DNA of 64,000 nt from Vicugna vicugna (Eukaryota). The stretch's first letter is position 1; the number at the start of each line of letters is the position of its first letter. This document shows, piece after piece, positions 13,061-23,197 of this stretch. Both the position numbers and the translations under genes were made by a program. The notes under the pieces were generated by a model. That model was not told where the DNA came from. It ran no database searches and saw nothing but the letters and a program-made list of their open reading frames with translations. The stretch covers positions 1,637,696-1,701,695 of the forward strand of contig MU058540.1 in NCBI GenBank assembly GCA_013265495.1. Direction: 5' to 3'.

Positions 13061-13499
13061 AGAATCTCTTCTTGATAACCACCCTAGAAATGATGGTTAT
13101 CATGCAGCACCATTTGTAAAAGCAAAAATTGGAAACAGTCCTCCTTTAATAGGGAACTGGTTTTGTCATTTATAATATGTCCATAACCTGGATGATAATA
13201 CAGCTTTTAAAAAATACAGGTCTCCACATACTGATGTGGAGCAATCTCCTGTATATACTAAGTAAGAATAAGATGTTGAACAATGTGCACAAGAATCACA
13301 TGTGTGTGAAAATGTGCACATGTGTGTAGGCACCCCACTGGGCTCTGGAGGGACATCCAGGAGAGTGGTGACAGTTACCTTTGGTGTTGGCAGGGGGAAG
13401 GACTGGGGCTGAGGGACAGGGCAGAACCCAAGATTTTTCATGTATCATAATCTGAAAACCCTAATTTATGATGCCATTGGAAGTAGTAAAAGTCCTCAT

Positions 13500-13700
13500 G
13501 ACGTGTTTGGAGCGGGGAGTCCAGTCAGTCTGGCTCCACCACCACATGTGTAGCCTCGGGCAAGTTTCTGACCTCTGTGTGCCTCAGTTTCCTCACCTGT
13601 AAAACCAGGATTAAAACAGAACCTAGCACCCGGGGTTGGGAGCATGAAATGGGATGGCCCACATAAAAGCTCTCTGTCCCTGTCACGTAGTGAGTAAATG
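13500..13700 (+). mobile_element. MIR SINE
   Basis: gggcaagtttctgacctctgtgtgcctcagtttcctcacctgtaaaa MIR core. Confidence 0.75.
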
Positions 13701-14241
13701 TGGCAAATGCCAGCCATCCTCCTCATCGTCACCTCGGCAGCGCTGCCCTCAGCTGCCTTGTCAGGGAGGACCCTCCCTCCTCACCTGGGCAGGCCCCACC
13801 TTGAGATTCCCTCTCCTTGGGGTGAGGCAGGTTCCTTGGGTGCCTGCCCCTGCCGCCCGCCCCAGGTGGCTGTTACAGCCTTAAATCACAAAATCGTCTG
13901 TGAGGGAGCTGGGGTTCATCCTCCTGTTCTTCACCTTGGGTAGTGATGGAACCTGCTCCCCAGAAAAATGCACGTGGCTCAGGTGAGCTACGGCTGGTAC
14001 CCCGGCCCCGCCCAGCCCACCTGGGAGCCGCCGGGGTTGCAGTGTGGGCAGCCTGGGTAGTGTGTTTTCCTGCCTACTTGAGGCCTCTTGCTACCTGGCC
14101 CGGCCTCCGCCGGGACCCCAGGGCTCACTCCCTCGTGGTGCTTGTGGTGAAGGAGAAGAGTTTGGCTAGGGGCCAAGAGGGGCTGACCTGACTCCCTCAG
14201 GTAGCCAGCAGCCTCACTCATATTCTCCTTTCTGCTCTCAG

Positions 14242-14340
14242 GGGTCTAACGTGATGGAAGAGCAAGACCTGCGGGAAATTGGCATCAGTGACCCACAGCA
14301 CAGGCGGAAGCTGCTCCAGGCCGCGCGGTCCCTGCCCAAG
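14242..14340 (+). CDS. ANKS1A: ANKS1A internal exon, end of SAM1 ([33 protein letters not shown])
   Basis: ctctcag|GGG acceptor, AAG|gtgacc donor, 99 nt, phase 0-0; SAM-domain peptide recognised as ANKS1A/Odin. Confidence 0.96.
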
Positions 14341-15176
14341 GTGACCACCGACAGCACTGCAGCCCGGGCCTTGGCCAGGGCTGTCTCCCTACCTCCACCT
14401 GGGCCCAGAGTAGGGGTGGAGCATAGCTCATGCAGATCATTGTGGAGTGTCTGCCCCTCATTCCAGGAGCACAAGGTCCTGTTTATTTGCCATGTTCTGA
14501 GGCCCCAGAGAGGCAGCAGAGCACTAGGGTCAGTGAGGACCTAGTCTGACCTCAGGAATGGGGCTGCCGGCATCTGCTTGGCACAGAGCCTGGTGCCCAC
14601 AGGCTTGGCCTGTCACCTGGAGCCCCTGTGGGGGCTCCCCTGACTCACTGGAGACCAGGCCAGCCTGTGCTGACCCCTGATGTCAGGATCTCCCTAGGGG
14701 CCTGGGGCCCTCAGGGCAGCAGAGGAGGCAGTCTTCCCTGGGGTGCCATGGCTGGTAGGCCTGAGCCTCTCCTCAGCTCTGCTGACTCCAGCACTCCCCT
14801 GTCCCTTCCCCTTGCCCGGAGCTCGGGAAGCGCAAACAAGTCCTAGCAGCAAGGCAGTGCCCGCTTCACAGACACCATTTCCTTGTGCCATCAGGTCTGG
14901 GACCTTGTGACTGCACAGTGGGGGTCTTCTGCAAATCCTCTTCCACTTAGCCTTACCCGATAGGGCACTTTCCCCAGACCTAGGGTGCCCTGGTGGTCCC
15001 GAAACCAGAGCTGAGATAGAAAGGGTTGTGTGGACGGGGAGTTAAGGACCCAGGCCCCTCGGCCCTCAGGAGCTGCCCCAGCCTCTGGTGTGGTCCATGT
15101 GAGCTGGCTGCGTCCCCAGGGTCCCTGTCCCCTGAGCGCCAAGACATCAGTCCCACCTCCCCTCCTTGCCCCACAG

Positions 15177-15329
15177 GTGAAGGCTCTGGGCTATGATGGG
15201 AACAGCCCCCTATCTGTGCCCTCCTGGCTGGACTCCCTGGGGCTGCAGGACTATGTCCATTCCTTCCTGTCAAGTGGCTACAGCTCCATTGACACTGTGA
15301 AGAACCTCTGGGAGCTGGAGCTTGTCAAT
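15177..15329 (+). CDS. ANKS1A: ANKS1A exon, SAM2 first part (VKALGYDG...[35 protein letters not shown])
   Basis: ccacag|GTG, AAT|gtgagt, 153 nt; SAM consensus WL..LGL..Y...F. Confidence 0.97.
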
Positions 15330-15421
15330 GTGAGTACTGCTCTGCTCAGGCCTAGCCTGGCTGCTCCTGAAGCGTGCACATCCACGGGCAGGGGTCTGAC
15401 TTCTGTCCCCACCCTGCCCAG

Positions 15422-15529
15422 GTGCTAAAGGTTCACCTGCTCGGCCACCGCAAGCGCATCATTGCCTCCCTCGCAGACAGACCCTACGAGGAGCCGCCCC
15501 AGAAGCCCCCACGATTTTCCCAGCTAAGA
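15422..15529 (+). CDS. ANKS1A: ANKS1A exon, SAM2 end ([36 protein letters not shown])
   Basis: gcccag|GTG, AGA|gtgagt, 108 nt; SAM motif GHRKRI. Confidence 0.97.
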
Positions 15530-16590
15530 GTGAGTTGCGAAGGGTGGACAGGGATATGTGTGCGGGCCTCGTGTTGTTAGGAACGGAATTCCTTAGGAAT
15601 TCTTCAGAGGCAGCATCGCCTCTGTAGTCAAGGAGCAGCTGATCCCTCCCCTCCCTCTGTGGGGGCTACATCTGCACCTTTCACAGGATGGTGGGGAGGG
15701 GAGTGACTGGCTGTTTATAAATCACATGCCTCCCATCAACATCAGAGAGACATGAGATGGCCTGTAACAAAGGGTAAACACAGGTAAAAATGTTGGGAAA
15801 AGTAGGAGAGCAAATGTCTGAATGTTCAGTTCAGCTGAGCAGGGGAGGCGGGGTGGGTGGGGGTCGGGGAGCCCCTCTCATGAGCCTGAGACGGGGCATG
15901 GAACACATAGCAGGACCTATGCTCCCTAGGTCTTCTGAAAGAAAATCCCTGTGATTTTAAAAACCTTACAGATGTTTTGTTGCTCAAGCCAGGTAATCTC
16001 TGCCTGAAAAGCTGGTTAGACTGAGCCCATGGTTCAGGATGAGCTGGCCCCGCAGACCTACAAGGCTGCACCTGCTGTGGGGACAAGCCCTTGACAAGCT
16101 CTGGGCTCTGAGCCGCAGCCCATTTATGGCAGCCTCAGAGTGGGTGTTATGTTACCCTCCTTTTACATGTGAGAAAGCCAGGGTCCAGACTGGTTCTGAG
16201 GACCAGACGCACAGCTGACATTTAAATATAAAAATGGAAGTGACCAAGTCACACTCCGTGGGGTAAGGCCTGTGCACGTGCCAGCTGGGAGCGCCGTCTT
16301 TTCTCAGGATTTGGTTACGTGTCCCAAGGACTTGCAGTCGATTGTGACAAATGGTTTATTGTTGATAAATTGGAGAGTGCTTCCCAGCCCTGCCCTCTTT
16401 CTCCCCATGTGTCTCTGGGCCAAAGGGTTTACTCATGACCAGGGTGCTCAAGGTGGCTGCTCACCTGCAGACCAGGTTGTCAGGGCTTCCTGGCTGGAAG
16501 AATCTGGTGCTTTGACTACCTGGCTGAGCCCGCAAGCTCAGGGCTGGCCTGACAGGTTCCAAGTTTCACCTGGAATTCTCCCCGCTGCAG

Positions 16591-16755
16591 TGCCAAGACC
16601 TGCTCTCACAGACGTCATCCCCCCTGAGCCAGAATGACTCCTGCACCGGGCGATCTGCTGACCTGCTGCTGCCTCCTGGGGACGTAGGCAGGAGGCGGCA
16701 TGACAGTCTGCATGAGCCTGCAGTGCCCTCTCGAGCGGAGCGCTTCAGAATCCAG
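16591..16755 (+). CDS. ANKS1A: ANKS1A linker exon ([17 protein letters not shown]...[10 protein letters not shown])
   Basis: ctgcag|TGC, CAG|gtaagg, 165 nt, open in phase 0. Confidence 0.93.
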
Positions 16756-17984
16756 GTAAGGTGGGAGGGGGCTCCCTTCATCCCTCTTGGCAGGACAGGG
16801 CCTCCCAGCTACCTCACTGCCCCTAGGCCTGTGCACTGCTGGGCTGGTGTCAGGAGCAGGAGGAAGACTCCAGCCTCCTCCCCTCACTCCCACCCAGCTG
16901 CCTGCATGCAGCACCCAGGACTCACTTCACCTGTCACGGCTGAGGCCTTGCCCACAGCTTACGTGGCCTGGACTTGCCTCCTCAGAAGTCCAGACCCATC
17001 TGCTCTGACTCCTCGGGCCCACCAGCCCTCAGTTTCTCCCCAGTTCCGCCCCTTCTTTGGCTCCCTTTCTTTGCTTGGTCCTCACACCTACTCTCTCCCC
17101 TCTTCCTCAGCCCCACTCCCTGCTGTCCCACCTGCCCAGCCAAGCTCAGCCCGGGTCTGACTCCATTCTTCCTGCCCCATCCCTGCAGCCCAGTAGTGGC
17201 ACAGCTGTGAGACTTGCCGGGCCTGAGGCCGCCCTGCAGTCCCTCCAGCTCTACTGCCGCTGACCTCTCAGGGTGTTGCTCCCAGGGCTCCTGCACTCAC
17301 TCAGGACTCACCTGTCCTCCCTCCTGCCTTGCAGAGACCACAGGCTTTGTCTCTTGTGCCCCACCCTGGCCTGTTAGACACTAACAGATGTCCTTTGTCC
17401 CCTGTAGGGTGAGCCTTAGCTTCACTCCTTTTTCTCTCGTGACTCAAGCTTTTCAGTTCTGGCCTCTGAGGCTTTCCCTCACCTTTCCACAAACACAGCC
17501 ATGAATTTTACAAGATTTAAAGAGCACGTTATCCAGCAATTTTAGTTGCTCCATATCGAAGGAGTTTGCATACTGCTGGGAATGGACATCATAAATATCT
17601 CCTGAATTTTTCCCTCGTCCCCATTCCTTCCACCAGAAGCCTAGTTAAGGACCCATCATCTCTTGGACCAGAGTCCTCCTAACCCCAACAGCCTATCCCT
17701 GTGAAGTACCTCCCACCTGGGAATCAGATCTGGATTTATCTCAGACACCACAGGACCTTCCCTGCTGAGCCTGCTTGTGGGAGGCTCAGGTCCTTGCTTC
17801 TCTGCCTTCTGTCTGGCGTAGATGGGCCTCACCCCGACCCCAGTGCATGTGAATGGCTCATCTGCCTCCTGCCCTCCCTACCTGGCCCTTGGGCTCCTCA
17901 CGGTGGCTGAGTGCTGGAGCTGGTTGGGGAGCCCAGGAGCTCCTTGAGGGGGCGAGCTGACCTGTGACTGCACGTTTTCTGTAG

Positions 17985-18110
17985 GAGGAGCACCGAGAGG
18001 CCAAGCTGACCCTTCGGCCCCCCAGCCTGGCCACCCCCTATGCCCCTGTGCAGAGTTGGCAACACCAGCCAGAGAAACTCATCTTCGAGTCCTGTGGTTA
18101 TGAAGCCAAT
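17985..18110 (+). CDS. ANKS1A: ANKS1A exon, PTB start ([15 protein letters not shown]...[18 protein letters not shown])
   Basis: ttctgtag|GAG, AAT|gtgagt, 126 nt. Confidence 0.95.
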
Positions 18111-18326
18111 GTGAGTAGCCCCTGCCCTCCCAGCCTGGCCAGTCTCCTGCCTTCCACCCCGAGTCGAGCCCAGGGCCCCTTGCCATTCTTGACTCCTCAG
18201 GCCCTCCCAGCACCTCGGGAAAGGGGCCTCCCCAGCCAGGATGGGGGAGGGAGCCCCAGGGAGAGGGAACCACCTGACTGTGATAACACAGGACTTCCTA
18301 AGCCTGGACACTGTTCACTCCCACAG

Positions 18327-18398
18327 TACCTGGGCTCCATGTTGATCAAAGACCTGCGAGGGACAGAATCCACACAAGACGCCTGTGCCAAGATGCGG
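18327..18398 (+). CDS. ANKS1A: ANKS1A PTB exon ([24 protein letters not shown])
   Basis: ccacag|TAC, CGG|gtaggt, 72 nt; PTB YLGS motif. Confidence 0.97.
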
Positions 18399-18542
18399 GT
18401 AGGTTATCTGGGGGGATGGTGTGGAGGGGGCGGCTAGGACAGAAGGCAGCAAACGGGGGCACCAGCTGCAGCTGCCTGGGCCCTCCAAGAGGGCTGGGCC
18501 CCGAGGAGGGGTGTTCACGGCACCTCCCCTTGCTTCCTTTAG

Positions 18543-18629
18543 AAATCCACCGAGCACATGAAGAAGATCCCCACCATCATCCTGTCCATCACCTACAAAG
18601 GTGTCAAGTTCATTGATGCTTCTAACAAG
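18543..18629 (+). CDS. ANKS1A: ANKS1A PTB exon ([29 protein letters not shown])
   Basis: cctttag|AAA, AAG|gtatgt, 87 nt. Confidence 0.97.
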
Positions 18630-19163
18630 GTATGTTTTCCACAAGTGCTGTTGCAAGGGGCCCTCTCCTGGTCCCTCACCCCCTGCCACCTGGTGCCTTC
18701 CCTCAAGTGTCCCCAGCCCCTTTTGTCCCTTTCCTGGTCCAGGTGCTTGTCTCTCCCACATGCACATATCCTGGCCCCAGGGCCTCGCCCAAGTAGCTTG
18801 TCTTCCTCATCGTGGCCACCATCAGCCACTTCCCCTGCTCACAGGCCTTTAATGCTGTGATTCACTTAATGAGCAAAGACTCCCCCGGGCCCTGTGCTTG
18901 GGACCCCACCCTGGAGGGAAGAAGGGGCTGGGAATCTGCTGGTTGGATGCAAACATTTTACTCCCTCAGTTGCCGTGTTCAAGGATGGAGACCCCAAATC
19001 TAAACTGGACAAGGTTAGGCGCCACTCCACCCCCACCCCAAAAAAAGAGACAACAAGTGGCCTTTGGCTAATGCCCTAGGCTGGGACAAAAGGGTGGTGA
19101 AGGTGAGAGGCTGAGGCATGCCCTCAGGGCGCCTGAGAATTCCACACGCTGCTCTCCCGACAG

Positions 19164-19301
19164 AATGTCATTGCGGAGCATGAGATCCGGAACATTTCCT
19201 GTGCAGCCCAGGACCCGGAGGACCTCTGTACCTTTGCCTACATCACCAAGGACCTGCAGACTAGCCATCACTATTGCCACGTTTTCAGCACAGTGGATGT
19301 G
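19164..19301 (+). CDS. ANKS1A: ANKS1A PTB exon ([46 protein letters not shown])
   Basis: cgacag|AAT, GTG|gtaagt, 138 nt; PTB FAYIT and CHVF motifs. Not listed in the ORF track. Confidence 0.97.
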
Positions 19302-20618
19302 GTAAGTGCAGCCCACAGCTGGAGGGGATCCTGCGCCGAGACGGCCTCAGTGTAGTAGTGTCCTGGCACCTGGTTGGCATTTAGCAAATGTTTGGTTCAT
19401 AAATGAACATCCAGTCCATCCTCTTTATATGGCAGTGAGACTGAAGCATGGGGAACAACAGTAGCTCGTCCCAGGTTCTAGTGACAAGTTTTCCTGCTTC
19501 TAGCTGCGTGTTGGGTCAGCCAAGGCCTTCATCTCCTGGGCTGCTTATCAACCTGCCCTCCAGCTGGGCCAGCTCCCTGAAAGTCCCTCTCCTTCCCTCT
19601 TGGGGACAGTAAGTTTTCTTCCCCCAGATTCCTGCCTAGGCTGGACTCCAGTGCTGCTGGGCTGAGGGGAGCCATCACACACAATGCCAACAGGGAGTGG
19701 ACCAGTGACAATGGCAGCTGCCCTGAGACAAGGCCCCAGACCTTTGTCCAGGTCCCTCGGTTCCCAGGAGAGTAGCTAGTTCCCCGGCCCTCCCAGCCCC
19801 AGGGCTGCAGTGCTTGCTCTAGGCCTGGTCTCAGACTCTTGGCCCTGCAGTATGATCTCAGAAACTTCACTTTCCCGGCTCCTCATCTGCACAAAGAGGA
19901 TAGAATGTAACTGACTTCATGGGGTTATTTTGAAGATTAAGTAGGTAACCCACCCCGGAATCATCCTCGTGGCCCTCTTACCTGTAGCTCACATCTCCTG
20001 GGTCAGCCAGTTCTTCCCACAGCGTCGTGCTCCCAGCTAAAAGCACTAGCACCATTTTAGCCACATGAAATGGTTAAGAAATACCTAAATACTCCAGTAA
20101 GCATGACTGACTGCCTGGAGAAGGACCTGAAGTTGGCTTACAGAAGTGTGTGCCTCGCTCCTGCCACCCAGCCGGCCTGTCTGCGGGTGGAAGACAAGGA
20201 ACCGAATAGAGAGGAGAGGACTGGGGGTGGGGGGTGAGGGGTGGCGGCTCTGAAGGTCTGCCTTGATGGTTCCCAGCAGGTGGCAGGGCCCCATGGAAAA
20301 CTGAACTACCATGTGCGGGCGGCACGGTTTTCTATAGTGTTCCCAGGTGACTTGGGTCAGCTAGTTAGCCTTTGCATTTACCCGGTGTTTCTGAGATCAC
20401 ACGTGAGGGAATGCAAAATGTGTGTTTTGCTCAGATTGTTCCCTAATGTATCAGTTGCCTCGGGACAGATTTCTGCTTTCAAACCCAGTGTTCTGGCAGC
20501 CTTGACCGCACTGCTGTCACCTGTGCAGTGGCACCCGCGCCTGTGCTCAGGGGCGTGAGCAGGTGTTAGAGGAGACGCTCCCCCAGCCCCTCTCACGTTG
20601 TGCTCTGGTTCCTCCTAG

Positions 20619-20789
20619 AACCTGACCTATGAGATCATCCTGACGCTGGGACAGGCGTTTGAGGTGGCCTATCAGCTGGCCCTGCAGGCCCAGAAGTCCA
20701 GGCCAGTGGGGGCCTCTGCTGCTGAGATGATCGAAACAAAATCTTCTAAACCGGTGCCTAAGCCTCGGGTCGGTGTGAGGAAGTCAGCG
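20619..20789 (+). CDS. ANKS1A: ANKS1A exon, PTB end ([25 protein letters not shown]...VGVRKSA)
   Basis: ctcctag|AAC, GCG|gtacgt, 171 nt; PTB terminal helix GQAFEVAY. Confidence 0.97.
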
Positions 20790-20977
20790 GTACGTGGGCC
20801 CCGGGGCTGGGGTGGAGCTGGGTGCGAGGAGGGGCTTCTCACATGTCACATGGCCAGCCCCTCTAGCAGGCGGCTTCCTGCTCCCACCCCTGCCGTCATG
20901 GGGCTGCAGGGAGCACGGCCCACAGACGAGCCCCTGTAACGTCACCCTGTGTCTGTCTGCTTTGCTCCGCACCCCAG

Positions 20978-21076
20978 GTGCCGCTGCCCCCCGATAGTCG
21001 CTGTTGTTACTGTCACACCTGCACCACCCACCGTCCTTCCTACCTACCGCTGCCGTCTGTTAGTCCTGGAGTCAAG
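20978..21076 (+). CDS. ANKS1A: Probable ANKS1A cassette exon (VPLPPDSRCCYCHTCTTHRPSYLPLPSVSPGVK)
   Basis: Pyrimidine tract plus ccccag|GTG acceptor, weak AAG|gtcttt donor, 99 nt, frame-preserving. Confidence 0.7.
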
Positions 21077-21657
21077 GTCTTTACACCTCCTGCTGTCTGT
21101 GTGTCAGTCTCCCCAAGTGACCGTGAGCTCTCTGAGACTCTGGTGGCCTCTCCCTCTCTGCCTGCGTGACCATTTTCCCTGAGCTGCCCTCCTGCCGTCC
21201 CTGTCTGTGCTTTAGCCCTCTGTCTCTCTGCTGTGTGTCCTCCTCTCCTGAGGTCAGGGGTGCCCACTGGGTCTTGCCTCTGGCCCCACCAGAGCACCCC
21301 AAGGCTTGGGGTTTCCAAACCTCTTAGCCCCTTCCTACCACTGTGAACAGCTCTGGGGCTTAGAGCACAATGCTCAGGCAGAGCAAGGCTCCTTTACCTA
21401 AGCAGCTCCAAGAAATCCCCAGGACAAGTTGCCCCTGGAGAGCCTGGAGGTGGCTGGCCCACTCTGCTCCAGGGAAGGTATCACTTCTGCCCCCCAACCC
21501 CAGGAAGCTCGCTCTCTGGCTGAGGAGAACAAGACTGCCCCTCGGGACACTGATGCCAGCACGGCCTGGGGGTGGTGGGGAGGGAGAGCAGGACACCTGC
21601 TGACTCCTGGCCCAGGCGCAGCATTCCCCTCTGACTCCTCACCCTCTTCCTTGGCAG

Positions 21658-21777
21658 CTGGAACCACCTGATGTGGAGCCAGATGCCCAGTCCCACGCCA
21701 GTGTCTCCTGGGTTGTGGACCCCAAGCCAGACTCTAAGCGGAGCCTCAGCACCAAGTATGAGACCACTATCTTCTAA
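21658..21777 (+). CDS. ANKS1A: ANKS1A C-terminal exon ([39 protein letters not shown]), with an internal donor after 21755
   Basis: ttggcag|CTG acceptor, 40 codons to TAA at 21775-21777; internal AA|gtatga donor. Confidence 0.93.
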   Translation: MEPPDVEPDAQSHASVSWVVDPKPDSKRSLSTKYETTIF

Positions 21778-23193
21778 GCACTCACTCCCTGTCTCCACTA
21801 GTCTCACGTGCCTTGCCGTCCAGTCTCTCTGCTGTTCTCAACTCTCCTTCCAGCTGCTGACGCCAAGGCCCCACCCACTGGGACCTCTCCTCCTGGACAG
21901 CAGCTTTAGACACTGCACACTCACAGCTTGTACCTAACACCACCGGACACTGTGAATCCCCCCCCTTGGGCGAGGACAGCTTGGAGGGGGGGTGAGTTAC
22001 CTTTGAGGTGGGCACCGCGAGGGCCTCGGCGGGCAGGCACTGTGGATCCTGAGGGTGGGGCAGTCTCCCAGCAGCCTCCACACCGCGCCAGTGGCGGCTC
22101 CCTCTCCTGGGCTGGGCTCCTTGTCAGCTCTCCTCTCCCATCTGTGCGGAGCCCCAGCTGGGTGCCGCTGCCAAGAGCTAACTGCACCTTTTCCGACACA
22201 ACCAAGCACTGTGACCTCCTGGGGCCGGAATCCCCTCGCACTCTGCTCACAGCCGGCCCGCGGCCCCGCTCTCTCTCTCCTGCTCCAAGGTGCTGGCCTC
22301 CCCCTGTGAGGCCCTGAGCTCAGCGACGTGGCTTGACCAGTGTCAGACTGCTTTCTGTGAGGGCCCAGGACTGTGCCAGGCCTGGGGACACACGCATGAC
22401 TCCAGAACATGGGGTCTGAGCATTTGAACACCCCCAGGCTGGCTCCACTCAGCAGGTTTCCTGGTCCCGAGGGATTTTCCACTCCAAGGAATGGGGTGGC
22501 CCCTTGGGTCTTCGCCGGTGAGTCACAGGCTGGCTCTGGAGTCTAGCTCACTGAGGAGGGCCTTCCTGTAGGACCCAGCAAGAAGGAAGCCGGTGCCCTG
22601 CTCACGTGGTGCACCTTCTTCCTTCACAAAATGGAGCTGTTTGAGGACAGGGACCCTGGGCTGAGCAACTTCAGGGTCCTCCAGGAGCTTCCCGACACTT
22701 CTCCACAGTGTGGGGATCAAAGATAGTCATTCCCCTCCCTGATCAACCACCCTCAGCTTCTTGACTCCTCCTGAAAAGGGAGGCTGTGCAATCCGTCACC
22801 TCAAAGCAGTTCAGCACCTGGGATTGCAGAGTTGAGGTTTTGAAGAGGCCTCACGTCCTCCTGTGTTGGCAGGTCAGCTTAGAGGGCAGGAGGCGGCACT
22901 GCAGACATCACATAGTCCCGTAGGAAAGCCAGTCAATTACGGCAGTTACTTTAGCGTTGAAACCCGAGTTGACAGCCCAGGCGGGTCCTCCGCCTGCTGT
23001 CCTCGTGCCTTCCCAAGCAGACGTGCTGAGCCAGAGGCAGCCGCGGGCCCTCGGAGCAGGCCACGGAGGGTGCTCAGGGGAGGCTGTGAGGGGCCTTCTG
23101 TTCTGCTTCCATGTTTCCTTTCCGTTTCCTCCACCTTGTGCAGGCCCCTTTGGTTAACCCTTTCCTCCCCCCGTTGTGTTTGCTTCTGCCAAG

Positions 23194-23197
23194 CTGA
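23194..23197 (+). CDS. ANKS1A: ANKS1A alternative last exon, coding part (completes AA|C = Asn, then TGA; protein ends ...SLSTN)
   Basis: Long pyrimidine tract ending ttctgccaag|CTGA. Joined to the 21755 donor it gives STN*, the end I recall for human ANKS1A. Confidence 0.85.

Noticed and set aside
1..14241. Additional upstream ANKS1A coding exons
   Set aside because: I could not find the peptide for the first half of SAM1 or any ankyrin-repeat exon. The preceding exon presumably lies upstream of the window.
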